From a virus, in the IMG/VR virus record IMGVR_UViG_3300037504_000618, positions 8,038 through 72,037 of that record: a stretch of 64,000 nt of DNA. One strand, given 5' to 3'. Shown piece after piece: positions 26,889-35,832 of the stretch. Position numbers and translations under genes: made by a program. The stretch's first letter is position 1, and each line of letters begins with the position of its first letter. A model generated the notes under the pieces. The model saw only the letters and a list, made by a program, of their open reading frames with translations, ran no database searches and was not told the DNA's origin.

Positions 26889-28255
26889 GCATTAATGTAC
26901 TTACGGCTGCGCGCCAACGTCTCGAGCTGATATTTGACGAGTTCGAGACGCTGGTAGTCTCCTATTCTGGGGGGAAGGATTCAACCGTGTTGCTTGAGTT
27001 GGCACGTCGCGAGGCCCAGAGACGGGGACGCAAGATCTATGCCTTGTTTATAGATCTTGAGGCGCAGTATCAGGCGACGATAGCGCAGGTCGAGCGGCAG
27101 ATGCTCAATGATCCGGTCATTGAGCCGATTTGGGTAGCAGTGCCGCTTAATCTACGCAATGCTGTATCGGTTTTTCAGCCCCATTGGGCATGCTGGGATC
27201 CGCAGGCTCGCGATATGTGGGTGCGACCGATGCCGGAGTATGATTGCGTGTTGAAAGATTACGAGGCGCTGCCTTTCTTTCGCTATCGGATGGAATTCGA
27301 GGAATTCATCGTTGAATTCCCCCGTTGGTTTTGCGAGACGCGGGGCTTGAATAATTACGCCAGCCTCGTGGCGATTCGGAGTGATGAATCTTTGAACCGC
27401 TATAAGGCTGTAGCACGCCGTCTCGATGGGCCGAAGAAGAGCGCGTATTATGATCGCGCCGGGGAGATTCGACGGTGGGGCACGGTACAGGATAAGGAGC
27501 CGAGTATTGTGGCTTTCTATCCCATCTATGATTGGCGCGTTGAGGATGTCTGGCGCTTCATCGGCGGGGAGCGCTTGCCCTATAATCGGATTTATGACCA
27601 GATGTACTGGGCCGGCTTGCCCCTCTCTGAGCAGCGCATTTGTCAGCCCTACGGCGATGATCAGCGCAAGGGCTTGGATCTATGGGCCAAGTCTGAGCCG
27701 GAGACTTGGCAGCGTGTGCTGGACCGCGTGCGCGGGGTCAATTATGGGGCGCGGTATGCCGGGCAAAAGCTCCTAGGGTATCATCGGGGCGTCGCTTTGC
27801 CAGAGGGGCATACATGGAAGAGCTACACGTTCTTCTTGCTCGCGACGCTCCCGGACGTGATGCGGGAGCGATACCTGAGTAACTTTGCCGTGTTCTTAGA
27901 GTGGTGGATGCGGCATGGTTACGACAATCTGGAAACGGTCCACGATGACGAGACCGCGCCGCTTAAGCAAAGTGACTGGCGGCGGCTGCCTTCGTGGCGG
28001 CGGCTGGCGTTGGCAATTCTCAAGAATGATTTCCTGTGCAAGTCACTCTGCATTGGTCGGATCAAGAATGTGTATGCCGATGTGTATGAGCGTGTAGCGG
28101 CGGGGAAGCCGGTGAAGGTGCGCAAGAGCGTGAAGCCCGTATATGCCTACTTGCGCAAACAGTATCAAGCCTATCTTGATGGGGGAATTGAGCAGGTAGA
28201 TGTGGATTTTGTGTTACCTGAGCACCCCATGAAGAAACGATATCGGGACATTTAG
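26870..28255 (+). CDS. PAPS-reductase-like/DUF3440 protein (IbrA/YbdN-like)
   Basis: PP-loop SYSGGKDS, IRSDESLNR, YPIYDW, QRICQPYGD. Confidence 0.85.
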   Translation: MPKRYLSINVLTAARQRLELIFDEFETLVVSYSGGKDSTVLLELARREAQRRGRKIYALFIDLEAQYQATIAQVERQMLNDPVIEPIWVAVPLNLRNAVSVFQPHWACWDPQARDMWVRPMPEYDCVLKDYEALPFFRYRMEFEEFIVEFPRWFCETRGLNNYASLVAIRSDESLNRYKAVARRLDGPKKSAYYDRAGEIRRWGTVQDKEPSIVAFYPIYDWRVEDVWRFIGGERLPYNRIYDQMYWAGLPLSEQRICQPYGDDQRKGLDLWAKSEPETWQRVLDRVRGVNYGARYAGQKLLGYHRGVALPEGHTWKSYTFFLLATLPDVMRERYLSNFAVFLEWWMRHGYDNLETVHDDETAPLKQSDWRRLPSWRRLALAILKNDFLCKSLCIGRIKNVYADVYERVAAGKPVKVRKSVKPVYAYLRKQYQAYLDGGIEQVDVDFVLPEHPMKKRYRDI

Positions 28256-28260
28256 GAGGA

Positions 28261-28665
28261 ATGATGATAACGTATAAGACTTTGGAGCAAGGACGTGAGT
28301 TTTACGTACTGATGGGACCTTTCCTGGTAAGTCGAGCCGTGCGTCGCGAGTTGGGCATTGCTATTAGCAGTGATGAGCACTATCGCTGGGTGTTGGCGCT
28401 GGACGGCGATACCGTTGCCGGGTTTGCAGCGGTGGAGTTGTACGGGGATACAGCGCAGCTTAGGCACGTTTATGTTGTGCCAGAGTATCGCGGGCGTGGG
28501 GTTTGCAGTGAGCTAGTAGAAGCCCACGAGGAGATTGCCCGGAAAGCTGGCTTTGCCAGTATTGAGGCTGTGGTGGCTCCTACACTACGGGCGCTTTTAG
28601 ATAAGCGGGGGTATGAGCAAGTCGGGAATCGCGGTAAGTACGCGATTATGGAGAAAAGCTTATGA
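28261..28665 (+). CDS. GNAT acetyltransferase
   Basis: VYVVPEYRGRGV acetyl-CoA motif. Confidence 0.85.
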   Translation: MMITYKTLEQGREFYVLMGPFLVSRAVRRELGIAISSDEHYRWVLALDGDTVAGFAAVELYGDTAQLRHVYVVPEYRGRGVCSELVEAHEEIARKAGFASIEAVVAPTLRALLDKRGYEQVGNRGKYAIMEKSL

Positions 28666-29300
28666 AATCCTTATTTGCCCCTTTAGTTGAGGATGTGGTA
28701 GCGCAGGCCCGTGAGCTGGCGGCGGCTATAGAGGAATTGCCGTTGGAGCAGAAAGTGGAAGCGTTGAATCAGGTGCGCGCCCTGCTTCATGCGGTCAGTC
28801 CTTTCTGCGAGCAACCGGTGGACTATGTGGCATGGGTTCCCGCTGATGAGGTCGAGGGCAACGACTATAATCCGAATAACGTTGCGCCCCCGGAGATGCG
28901 CTTGCTTAAGATTTCTGTGGATCACGATGGCTTCACGCAGCCTATCGTGACGTGGCCCAGGGGGGACGGGATGCTTGAGGTCGTGGATGGGGAGCACCGC
29001 ACCCGCGTGGGACGGGAGCGGGAGGAGCTGCATGGCTATCTCCCTGTTACGCGGGTCTCGGCGGGTAGGCAGGGCCGCAAGGATCGTATGGCTGCTACGA
29101 TTCGGCATAATCGCGCGCGCGGTGTACACGCGGTGATGTCGATGACGGACATCGTGGCCGAGTTGGTCAGCCTCGGTTGGACGGATGATGAGGTAGCGCG
29201 GGAGTTGGGGATGGACGCCGACGAGGTACTGCGATTCAAGCAGACGGCGGGAATTGCCGATCTGTTTGAGGATCGTGAGTACAGTAAGGCTTGGGAGTAG
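28662..29300 (+). CDS. ParB-like protein (IbrB/YbdM-like)
   Basis: NDYNPNNVAPPEM, DGFTQPIV, VDGEHR, ATIRHNRARG. Confidence 0.88.
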   Translation: MKSLFAPLVEDVVAQARELAAAIEELPLEQKVEALNQVRALLHAVSPFCEQPVDYVAWVPADEVEGNDYNPNNVAPPEMRLLKISVDHDGFTQPIVTWPRGDGMLEVVDGEHRTRVGREREELHGYLPVTRVSAGRQGRKDRMAATIRHNRARGVHAVMSMTDIVAELVSLGWTDDEVARELGMDADEVLRFKQTAGIADLFEDREYSKAWE

Positions 29301-29380
29301 TAACGGTTAGCCGTTCGTACCAACGGTTAGCCGTCTCGGTAGTAACGGTTAGCCGTTCGTACCAACGGTTAGCCGTCCCG
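29297..29380. repeat. Four near-palindromic AACGGTTAGCCGT boxes (2 x 42-bp tandem)
   Basis: Copies at 29302, 29322, 29344 and 29364. Confidence 0.9.
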
Positions 29381-29388
29381 GATGTAAA

Positions 29389-29489
29389 TTAACAGTCGTT
29401 TTTTACCCGCGTTATCCCGCCTCAGACCCCCATCTGGGGCGGGGTTGCGTAAGAGAAACAGCCGTTAAGATAAGTTAACGGCTGTTTTT
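29389..29489 (-). repeat. Tripartite dif-like element copy 4
   Basis: TTAACAGTCGTTTT 29389; GAAACAGCCGTTAA-gataag-TTAACGGCTGTTTT. Confidence 0.9.
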
Positions 29490-29521
29490 GCTTAGTGTAG
29501 ACTGCACGGTAGTGACCCGTG

Positions 29522-29549
29522 TTGCACAAATGTTCTATCCGTTTATAAT
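29522..29549 (+). promoter_or_regulatory. Promoter overlapped by a LexA-like box
   Basis: TTGCAC-16-TATAAT with GCAC-AAAT-GTTC; ATG 6 nt after the -10 (leaderless). Confidence 0.6.
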
Positions 29550-29555
29550 GGCAGT

Positions 29556-29804
29556 ATGGAGCAGATTGTATGGACACCCAAGAGTCACGGTCACAGTTTG
29601 GCGCGCGAGCTGCTGAGCTGGTTGCTCAGGTTGCGTAACTACGGGCTGCTTGTGATCTATGCGGATGAGATCGAGGGCCGTTATTGTTATGTTATGTTAC
29701 GGGCCAGACCCGCGGATGCGTTGGTCGGTGCATCGACACAACAGCGCGTTTTAGGGGACTTCAGAAGATTTCTCATAGGAGCGCTGCATTGGGGACTCCA
29801 GTGA
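29556..29804 (+). CDS. Hypothetical protein
   Basis: ORF directly after the promoter. Confidence 0.55.
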   Translation: MEQIVWTPKSHGHSLARELLSWLLRLRNYGLLVIYADEIEGRYCYVMLRARPADALVGASTQQRVLGDFRRFLIGALHWGLQ

Positions 29805-30001
29805 AGCCGTCCTTGGCGGCGGCGACGGATAGCGACGATATTGAGGCCATCGTGCGCGACATGGTGACCGGGCTGCGGTTCATACGCAGCGCCGAGGGCT
29901 ATGGGGAGTTGGTGGTCGAGATCCAGGTGCGGCCCCACGGCATCGCGCAGTGGCGCGTCGCCCCGGCTTTCTCGCGAAAGCCTCGGTTTAGAGAATCTTA
30001 G
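29801..30001 (+). CDS. Small hypothetical protein
   Basis: GTGA overlap; GYGELVVEIQ. Confidence 0.5.
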   Translation: MKPSLAAATDSDDIEAIVRDMVTGLRFIRSAEGYGELVVEIQVRPHGIAQWRVAPAFSRKPRFRES

Positions 30002-30203
30002 GAGTGACCCCAAATGTTATCGGAGCAAGCCCAGACTATTTTTCGTAAGTATCTGACGCGCGAGCCGTACCGGCTGCCCCAAATCCGTATTATGGGGCGG
30101 GGATCATTGGAGGAGTTAGACGCGGAGATCTACGGCTATGACCACCACCCCGCCATCAAGGTGGACGTGATAGCTTGATAATCACCAGAAAGGAGAATGA
30201 GAG

Positions 30204-31028
30204 ATGGATGAACGAACGTTAGTGCTCAGGGGCGCGCGGGTAGCATGGTGTGATTCAAAGTGTCCGCAGTGTGGTGGCATCTATTTTGATGCTGCGTTGG
30301 AGAAAGCCCAAGCTTTGCATGATGAGCAGTTCCCTGCTTGCGGGGGCCAACTTGTCATTACAGGGGCTTCTTGGACTGCGTCTCGCGAGTTGGATTTAGA
30401 ACAAGCGCAGAGTATCGCAAACGTGATCTGTGCCAAGCTGTCGCCCGTCTGCGAGAAGGTCGCCGTCGCGGGCAGTGTGCGCCGGGGGAAGGACAAGGTC
30501 AAAGATATCGAGATTGTCTACGTCTCCAAAATGGAGGAACGGCGGCAGGATCTTTTTAACTGGGCGCCATTCCCCATCGCGGAGGATCGCATCGACGATC
30601 TGCGGTATGCCGGTTTCTGGCAACTCGATACGCAGGTCAAGCGCAACGGGTCGTTGTATAAGCGTTTCCGCCTGGGCCGCGAGGGCGCGGGGCCAGTGAT
30701 CGAGCTCTTCCGCGCGCGCCCGGAGAACTGGGGCTTGATCTATGCCCTGCGCACGGGATCGAGCGAGTTTATGAAGGCCGTCGTGACGCGTCGCGATGCA
30801 CGCTGGGCCATCGGCTGTATGCCTACGGATATGTTTATGCGCGACGGCGACCTGTGGAAAATGACCCCGCAGGGACGGCAAGTTATCCCCACGCCCACGG
30901 AGGAAGCCTTCTTCGGAGCGTTAGCATTGCCCGTATTCCCCCCATCGGAGCGTGAGTATGAGCGGCTGCTGGCGTGGGGCGTGGCGCGGGGGTTGAAGCG
31001 GATGGAGGGAGAAGTGAGGATATTTTAA
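30204..31028 (+). CDS. PolX-like nucleotidyltransferase (core only)
   Basis: AGSVRRGK..KDIEIV, RTGS, TEEAFF; N-terminal Cys cluster. Confidence 0.8.
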   Translation: MDERTLVLRGARVAWCDSKCPQCGGIYFDAALEKAQALHDEQFPACGGQLVITGASWTASRELDLEQAQSIANVICAKLSPVCEKVAVAGSVRRGKDKVKDIEIVYVSKMEERRQDLFNWAPFPIAEDRIDDLRYAGFWQLDTQVKRNGSLYKRFRLGREGAGPVIELFRARPENWGLIYALRTGSSEFMKAVVTRRDARWAIGCMPTDMFMRDGDLWKMTPQGRQVIPTPTEEAFFGALALPVFPPSEREYERLLAWGVARGLKRMEGEVRIF

Positions 31029-31357
31029 TGGATTCCACTGAACAATCTTTACGCGCGTATCTCTACGAGCGATACGCTGCCGAGGGCATTACGGAGCGGA
31101 TGATACGCCTGGTAGAACCTAAAGTCGGCGACAAGGTATATCCGCACCCGCTCCCGCCATATTTGTATCAGTGCGAACCCTGGACTCTAAAGGCGCAGCT
31201 CCGTAACGGCCAATTTGTGGCTGAGTATGTGCGTTATTCTTTGGACGGGAAAGGGACCGCGCTAAAGACCTTGACGTCGGATGGGGCGCGGGTGGCACGC
31301 CTGCGTTACATCTTATGCCATGAATGGCCGGATGTGGCGAAGTTGATGATGCTTTAG
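31028..31357 (+). CDS. Hypothetical protein
   Basis: Coupled ORF. Confidence 0.6.
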   Translation: MDSTEQSLRAYLYERYAAEGITERMIRLVEPKVGDKVYPHPLPPYLYQCEPWTLKAQLRNGQFVAEYVRYSLDGKGTALKTLTSDGARVARLRYILCHEWPDVAKLMML

Positions 31358-31375
31358 GCTTTCCCTAAACTTTTA

Positions 31376-31411
31376 ACAGCCCAACCTTATCACAAGGTTG
31401 GGCTGTTTTTT
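31376..31411 (+). terminator. Intrinsic terminator
   Basis: AACAGCCCAACCTT/AAGGTTGGGCTGTT with T tract. Confidence 0.85.
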
Positions 31412-31610
31412 TGTCTCCCCCGCGTTTTTTCGCCGTCCGGGGCCATTGGTGTCCTAGACCATATAAAACTATGCGTCCCCCCCTCAAAACGTCTCCCTAT
31501 GCTTTTCTGGCGCGCTCTTAGCACACGTGTGCTAGTTTTTGGCGCTGATCCTTTCTGGAATCCTCGGCGTCCCTCACAAAACTCGTGGAAAATTAAGGGA
31601 TATTTTGGGT

Positions 31611-31652
31611 AATCTCGTGATTGACAACTAAAGTTGACTGTGAGAGAGTGAG
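31611..31652 (+). promoter_or_regulatory. Conserved promoter/operator copy A
   Basis: TCGTGA-TTGACA-N17-GAGAGT-GA. Confidence 0.8.
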
Positions 31653-31684
31653 GACATCAAACAAAAACCAGAAAGGAGTAAGCA

Positions 31685-32602
31685 ATGGCAAAAAATGGAG
31701 CGTCACGTAGGGTCGAAGTCAACACGGACACAATCACTTTCGGGGTGGAGATCGAGTGCACATTACCGGAGTCCTTCATCCAGGAGCGCGGTATCGAGAT
31801 CGGTAGTTATCGACACGGGGCTGCGTTGCCTGCGCCCTTCCCCATCGGATGGGTGGCGAAATACGATAGCTCGGTGCGGGAGAACGATTTGCGATATGAA
31901 GCTCTCGAAATCGTCTCCCCGGTCCTCAAGGGCAAGGACGGTTTGGAGGAGGTCCTGGCGGTCTATGACATCCTCAACGAGGCGGGCGCCACGGTGAACA
32001 CCAGTTGCGGGTTCCACGTCCACGTCGGGGTGGAATCGGTCCTGGGGGACAAGGCGGAGGTCGAGGGTATCCTGGTGCGGTGGGTGCGGCGGATGCTGAA
32101 CCTGGTGAGCAATCACGAACTGGGCCTTTTCGCCATCACGGGGCGCACTTCACGGTTTAATAACCACTATTGCAACACAATCACTCATAAGTGGGACGGG
32201 AAGTTAACGACCCAGAGTTCAGTGAAGGTCATCGAGGACGAGACAGCGGGGCACAGTCAACGGTATTACACGTTGAATCTCTGTAACTTAAACGCAGCCT
32301 CCAAGCGCACGGTGGAATTTCGGCTGTTCGGGGCGACCTTGAACGGATACCAGGCCATCGGGTACATTATCACCGCCATGGGTATTGCGCACCGGGCCGC
32401 GCAGGTGGGGACCGCGCCGAAGTTTAAGGCGTCCTACAGCACGGCGGACGTCCCGGACGCGGTGCGCGACCTTCAAAAACTCCTCCGTAACTACGGGTGG
32501 CCGTCGGGGGCGAAAAAGGCGTGGGGGCGGGAAATCCGCCAGGTACAGCGGGAGGCCGCCGAGCGCTTTGACCGAGATTTGGTCCAGGGGGTAACACGAT
32601 GA
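31685..32602 (+). CDS. Putative amidoligase (COOH-NH2 ligase, Amidoligase_2-like)
   Basis: TFGVEIE, YDSSV, EIVSP, SCGFHVHVG, RY..LNL, TVEFR. Confidence 0.88.
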   Translation: MAKNGASRRVEVNTDTITFGVEIECTLPESFIQERGIEIGSYRHGAALPAPFPIGWVAKYDSSVRENDLRYEALEIVSPVLKGKDGLEEVLAVYDILNEAGATVNTSCGFHVHVGVESVLGDKAEVEGILVRWVRRMLNLVSNHELGLFAITGRTSRFNNHYCNTITHKWDGKLTTQSSVKVIEDETAGHSQRYYTLNLCNLNAASKRTVEFRLFGATLNGYQAIGYIITAMGIAHRAAQVGTAPKFKASYSTADVPDAVRDLQKLLRNYGWPSGAKKAWGREIRQVQREAAERFDRDLVQGVTR

Positions 32603-33228
32603 AAACGGTTCTCATTACACAGGGGTCTTGGGCGCGGGAAATCGCCCGGACGTTACAGGGTCTAGGGGCAAGGACACACGTCCTTGCCCCCCACGAAAAC
32701 GACCTCGAGCAATATGATGCGTACAGCCATATCCTTATCCCCGGCGGGGCGGACATCCATCCCCAGCACTACGGGGAGGACGTGGTGTGGGCGCGGCCCT
32801 ACGCGCCGGAGCGCGACCAGGGGGAGATCCCTCTGGTGAAACGCGCCTTGGCGGGGGGGAAACCCGTGCTGGGTATCTGTCGCGGACACCAGGTCATCAC
32901 GGTGGCGGCGGGGGGCAGTCTATATCAGGATATCCAACTAGACCTGGACCTCAGCCACGACGCGCACACGCATTTGGTGCGGGTCGCGCCCTGGTCGCGG
33001 CTGTCCACGTGGTTAGGAGTAGCGGGGCGGTATCGGGTCAATTCTTTCCATCACCAGGCGGTGAAGCGGGTCCCGGCAGGGTGGCACGTGGCGGCGGAAT
33101 CCTTCACGGGCGTGGTCGAGGCCATCGAGCACCCGCACCTTCCCGTTATTTCGGTGCAGTGGCACCCAGAGCAATTATCGGACCCCGCGTCCCGCAATCT
33201 CTTCGTTAAATTCCTGGCATTTGAGTAA
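32599..33228 (+). CDS. Peptidase C26 / class I glutamine amidotransferase
   Basis: PGGADI.P..Y, GICRG, VNSFHHQ, VQWHPE. Confidence 0.9.
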   Translation: MKTVLITQGSWAREIARTLQGLGARTHVLAPHENDLEQYDAYSHILIPGGADIHPQHYGEDVVWARPYAPERDQGEIPLVKRALAGGKPVLGICRGHQVITVAAGGSLYQDIQLDLDLSHDAHTHLVRVAPWSRLSTWLGVAGRYRVNSFHHQAVKRVPAGWHVAAESFTGVVEAIEHPHLPVISVQWHPEQLSDPASRNLFVKFLAFE

Positions 33229-33288
33229 TGGCGCCGCCCCCACCTTCCGGGAAGCTATGACGCAGCTTCCCGGAAGGTTGACCATTAA

Positions 33289-33329
33289 AATCTCGTGATT
33301 GACAACAAAAGTTGTCTGTGGGAGAGTGA
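33289..33329 (+). promoter_or_regulatory. Conserved promoter/operator copy B
   Basis: TTGACA 33299, GAGAGT 33322, palindrome GACAAC-AAAA-GTTGTC. Confidence 0.8.
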
Positions 33330-33357
33330 TGACATCTTAACCGGAAAGGAGTTTGCA

Positions 33358-34344
33358 ATGACAACACAGGTACAAAACATTCGAGTGGATCAGATCGTTC
33401 CCGGTGACAACGACCGGGAACGTTTTGACCCGGAGGGGCTGCGGGAACTGGCCGACAGCATCAAGCAGCACGGTCTGGCCCAGCCGATCACGCTGCGGAT
33501 CTTGTTTCACTGTCAGCGCTGTCAGATTTACGTGACGGCTACGCCCGGCGATCCTTATGAGTATTGTGAGTGTTTCGGGGGGCAGTCGTGGACGCCGCGT
33601 TATCAGATCGTGGCCGGGGAGCGGCGGTGGCGCGCAGTGCAATTATTGGGGTGGGCACACATTCCCGCCCTGGTGCGCACCCTGGACGACGAGGCCGCGA
33701 GTTCCATTATGCTGTTGGAGAACATCCAGCGCGCGGAGCTGAATCCTATGGAGGAGGCGCGCGCGTACCAAAAGCGCATGGATCAATTCGGGTGGGACGA
33801 GGAGCAGGTGGCGCAGGTGGCCAACGTCCCGGTGCAGCGGGTGCGGTTGCGCCTGGTGCTCCTGGACCTGGTCCCCGAAGCCCAGGATTTGGTGCGCAAC
33901 GGGAATCTGGGCGTGAAGTACGGGTACGTGATGCGTGACCTGGACGTGAACCGGCAGCGCATCGCGTTGCGGTATCTCAACCAGGTGGACACGCCCCGTC
34001 TGCGGGAGTTCCGGCAGTTGTGCGCCGATCTCCTGGCGCAACAGGCACAGGAGGCCATGTTCGATATGGCCGCGTTTATGAGCGAGGTCCAGGACCTCCG
34101 CGAGGCAGAGGCGGCGAATCGCGGGGAGCGCATCATTCCCGTCTCCGAGGACCTGCCCGGGGTGCGCAAGGCCAGTTCGGTGAGTCAGGCGTTGGAGCGG
34201 TATATCCGCGATCTATTGGACGGGGGGCACAAGGACGCGGCCATGGTGGTGGGGACCGTGTATCGGGGGTTGCTGTCGCAGCACCTGGTGGGATTCCCCA
34301 AGGGACCGAGTCCCCTAATCCCCGGTGAGACGTTGGAGGCGTGA
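33358..34344 (+). CDS. ParB/Spo0J-family protein with Cys-rich insertion
   Basis: LADSIKQHGLAQPI, CxxC..CxC insert, AGERRWRA, ENIQR..LNPMEEA; ATG 33358 after AAAGGAG. Confidence 0.88.
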   Translation: MTTQVQNIRVDQIVPGDNDRERFDPEGLRELADSIKQHGLAQPITLRILFHCQRCQIYVTATPGDPYEYCECFGGQSWTPRYQIVAGERRWRAVQLLGWAHIPALVRTLDDEAASSIMLLENIQRAELNPMEEARAYQKRMDQFGWDEEQVAQVANVPVQRVRLRLVLLDLVPEAQDLVRNGNLGVKYGYVMRDLDVNRQRIALRYLNQVDTPRLREFRQLCADLLAQQAQEAMFDMAAFMSEVQDLREAEAANRGERIIPVSEDLPGVRKASSVSQALERYIRDLLDGGHKDAAMVVGTVYRGLLSQHLVGFPKGPSPLIPGETLEA

Positions 34345-34345
34345 G

Positions 34346-34579
34346 ATGAAAAAGCAACAGCGGTTATTCGGTGAGGAAACGCTACCTTTGTTTTCCGGTG
34401 TCCCGCAGCGTGGCGCGGTGGGGGTCTTTGATCCCCGCCCCGCCGTTACGCAGGAGACGTTTGTGACGTGCCGTTTCTGTCGGGACACGGGCCGGGTGGG
34501 TGAGGGGTTCTGTTGGTGTGCGGCCGGGCAACGGGCACGGGCGCGACAATCTAAAAAAGCAGGGGGTGAATTATGTTAG
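34346..34579 (+). CDS. Small Zn-finger protein
   Basis: CRFCRDTG...FCWC. Confidence 0.6.
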   Translation: MKKQQRLFGEETLPLFSGVPQRGAVGVFDPRPAVTQETFVTCRFCRDTGRVGEGFCWCAAGQRARARQSKKAGGELC

Positions 34580-34902
34580 CACAGGTGGAACAATTGAGCT
34601 TGGCGGTCAAGATCCGGCGGGCGGTCGCGGCTGCGTCGCGGTACAGCGAAGCCCACGACTGTGAGACCTTCGTGGTGGTGGATGAGGGCGTCGTCTGGGG
34701 GACCGGGCGGGACTATCGGTATGGGCATTTACAGGGGGTCCCGGAGTACAACGTCATTTGGAACCGGTACGACGGGTACTATCCGGAGTGGTATTGGGTG
34801 CTGGATTTGGATGCAGATTGGTGCGCACGTTTGGCGCGTCAACTCGTGGACGTGCAAGCTGATCTGGCGCAGCTCCAAACTTTCCTACAGGAGGAGGGCT
34901 GA
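34573..34902 (+). CDS. Hypothetical protein
   Basis: Coupled ORF. Confidence 0.65.
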   Translation: MLAQVEQLSLAVKIRRAVAAASRYSEAHDCETFVVVDEGVVWGTGRDYRYGHLQGVPEYNVIWNRYDGYYPEWYWVLDLDADWCARLARQLVDVQADLAQLQTFLQEEG

Positions 34903-34932
34903 GCAATCAGCCCTCACTTTTAAAACTCGTGT

Positions 34933-34974
34933 AATTTCGTGATTGACAAACAGAGTTGACCGTGGGAGAGTGAG
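34933..34974 (+). promoter_or_regulatory. Conserved promoter/operator copy C
   Basis: TTGACA 34943, GAGAGT 34966. Confidence 0.8.
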
Positions 34975-35003
34975 AGTATCTTATAAACCCAAGGAGGTTG
35001 TAA

Positions 35004-35225
35004 ATGTCGGAGCAAATCATTATTTTGAACGAGGAGAGCAGCAGTCCGGTGGTGGTGAGCCGTTACGTGTTGCACGGTGGCGAGCGTTTGGGGATTCGGT
35101 TGTACCATCGTTCGGAGGACGGGGAGTTACTCGCCACGCGGAGCGGCGTGGACCTGTTGATCGAGGGCGGTCTGGCTGCCCAGGCCGTTGAGGCGTTACA
35201 AACGTTGTTAAAGGGCGCGTCCTAG
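35004..35225 (+). CDS. PC4-like ssDNA-binding protein, divergent paralog
   Basis: Clear paralog of 35294-35518. Confidence 0.7.
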   Translation: MSEQIIILNEESSSPVVVSRYVLHGGERLGIRLYHRSEDGELLATRSGVDLLIEGGLAAQAVEALQTLLKGAS

Positions 35226-35293
35226 TACGCGCGACATCAATCAGGGGGACCGAGGACAATCCCGGTCCCCCAACGAAACCAAGGAGGTTTTCA

Positions 35294-35518
35294 ATGTCGG
35301 AGCAGAAGGTCGTTTTGAATGGTGAGAGCAGTAGTCCTATTGTGGTCAGTCGCAGTGTGTATCGCGGGGTGGAGCGTTTGGACATCCGCCGCTATTACTA
35401 TGCAACGGGGGATGGGGAATTGCGCCCCACCAAAAAGGGCGTGAGCCTGCCCATTGAGAGTGGTTTAGCGGCCCAGGCCGTGCAAGTCTTGCAGGCCATG
35501 TTGAACGGAAGTGACTGA
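35294..35518 (+). CDS. PC4/p15-like ssDNA-binding protein
   Basis: YRG..RLDIRRYY...GELRPTKKGVSL. Confidence 0.85.
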   Translation: MSEQKVVLNGESSSPIVVSRSVYRGVERLDIRRYYYATGDGELRPTKKGVSLPIESGLAAQAVQVLQAMLNGSD

Positions 35519-35750
35519 GATGTCTACAGCATACGCGCTTAATCAGAAAGCACAAGTAACACGTGAGGATTTGCAGGATATTTGGAGACGACTACGCGGT
35601 AAGCCTTTGGCACAGGAGCACATAGGCGGAATGCTACGCTTCGCAAATGGACTGTTGCGGGATTGCAAGCGACGTCATCCACACAGCGTTCAATGTATTG
35701 CGGAAGTCGAATTTGGTGGCGTGGACTTTCGTTTTTGCCGTCCAATGTAG
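35511..35750 (+). CDS. Hypothetical protein
   Basis: Coupled ORF. Confidence 0.5.
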   Translation: MTEMSTAYALNQKAQVTREDLQDIWRRLRGKPLAQEHIGGMLRFANGLLRDCKRRHPHSVQCIAEVEFGGVDFRFCRPM

Positions 35751-35832
35751 ATGCGCTTTAGTACGCGCGTAATCAAGGGGGACCTAGTGTCATCGCGGTC
35801 CCCCTCACAAACACCAGAAAGGAGATGTTGAA

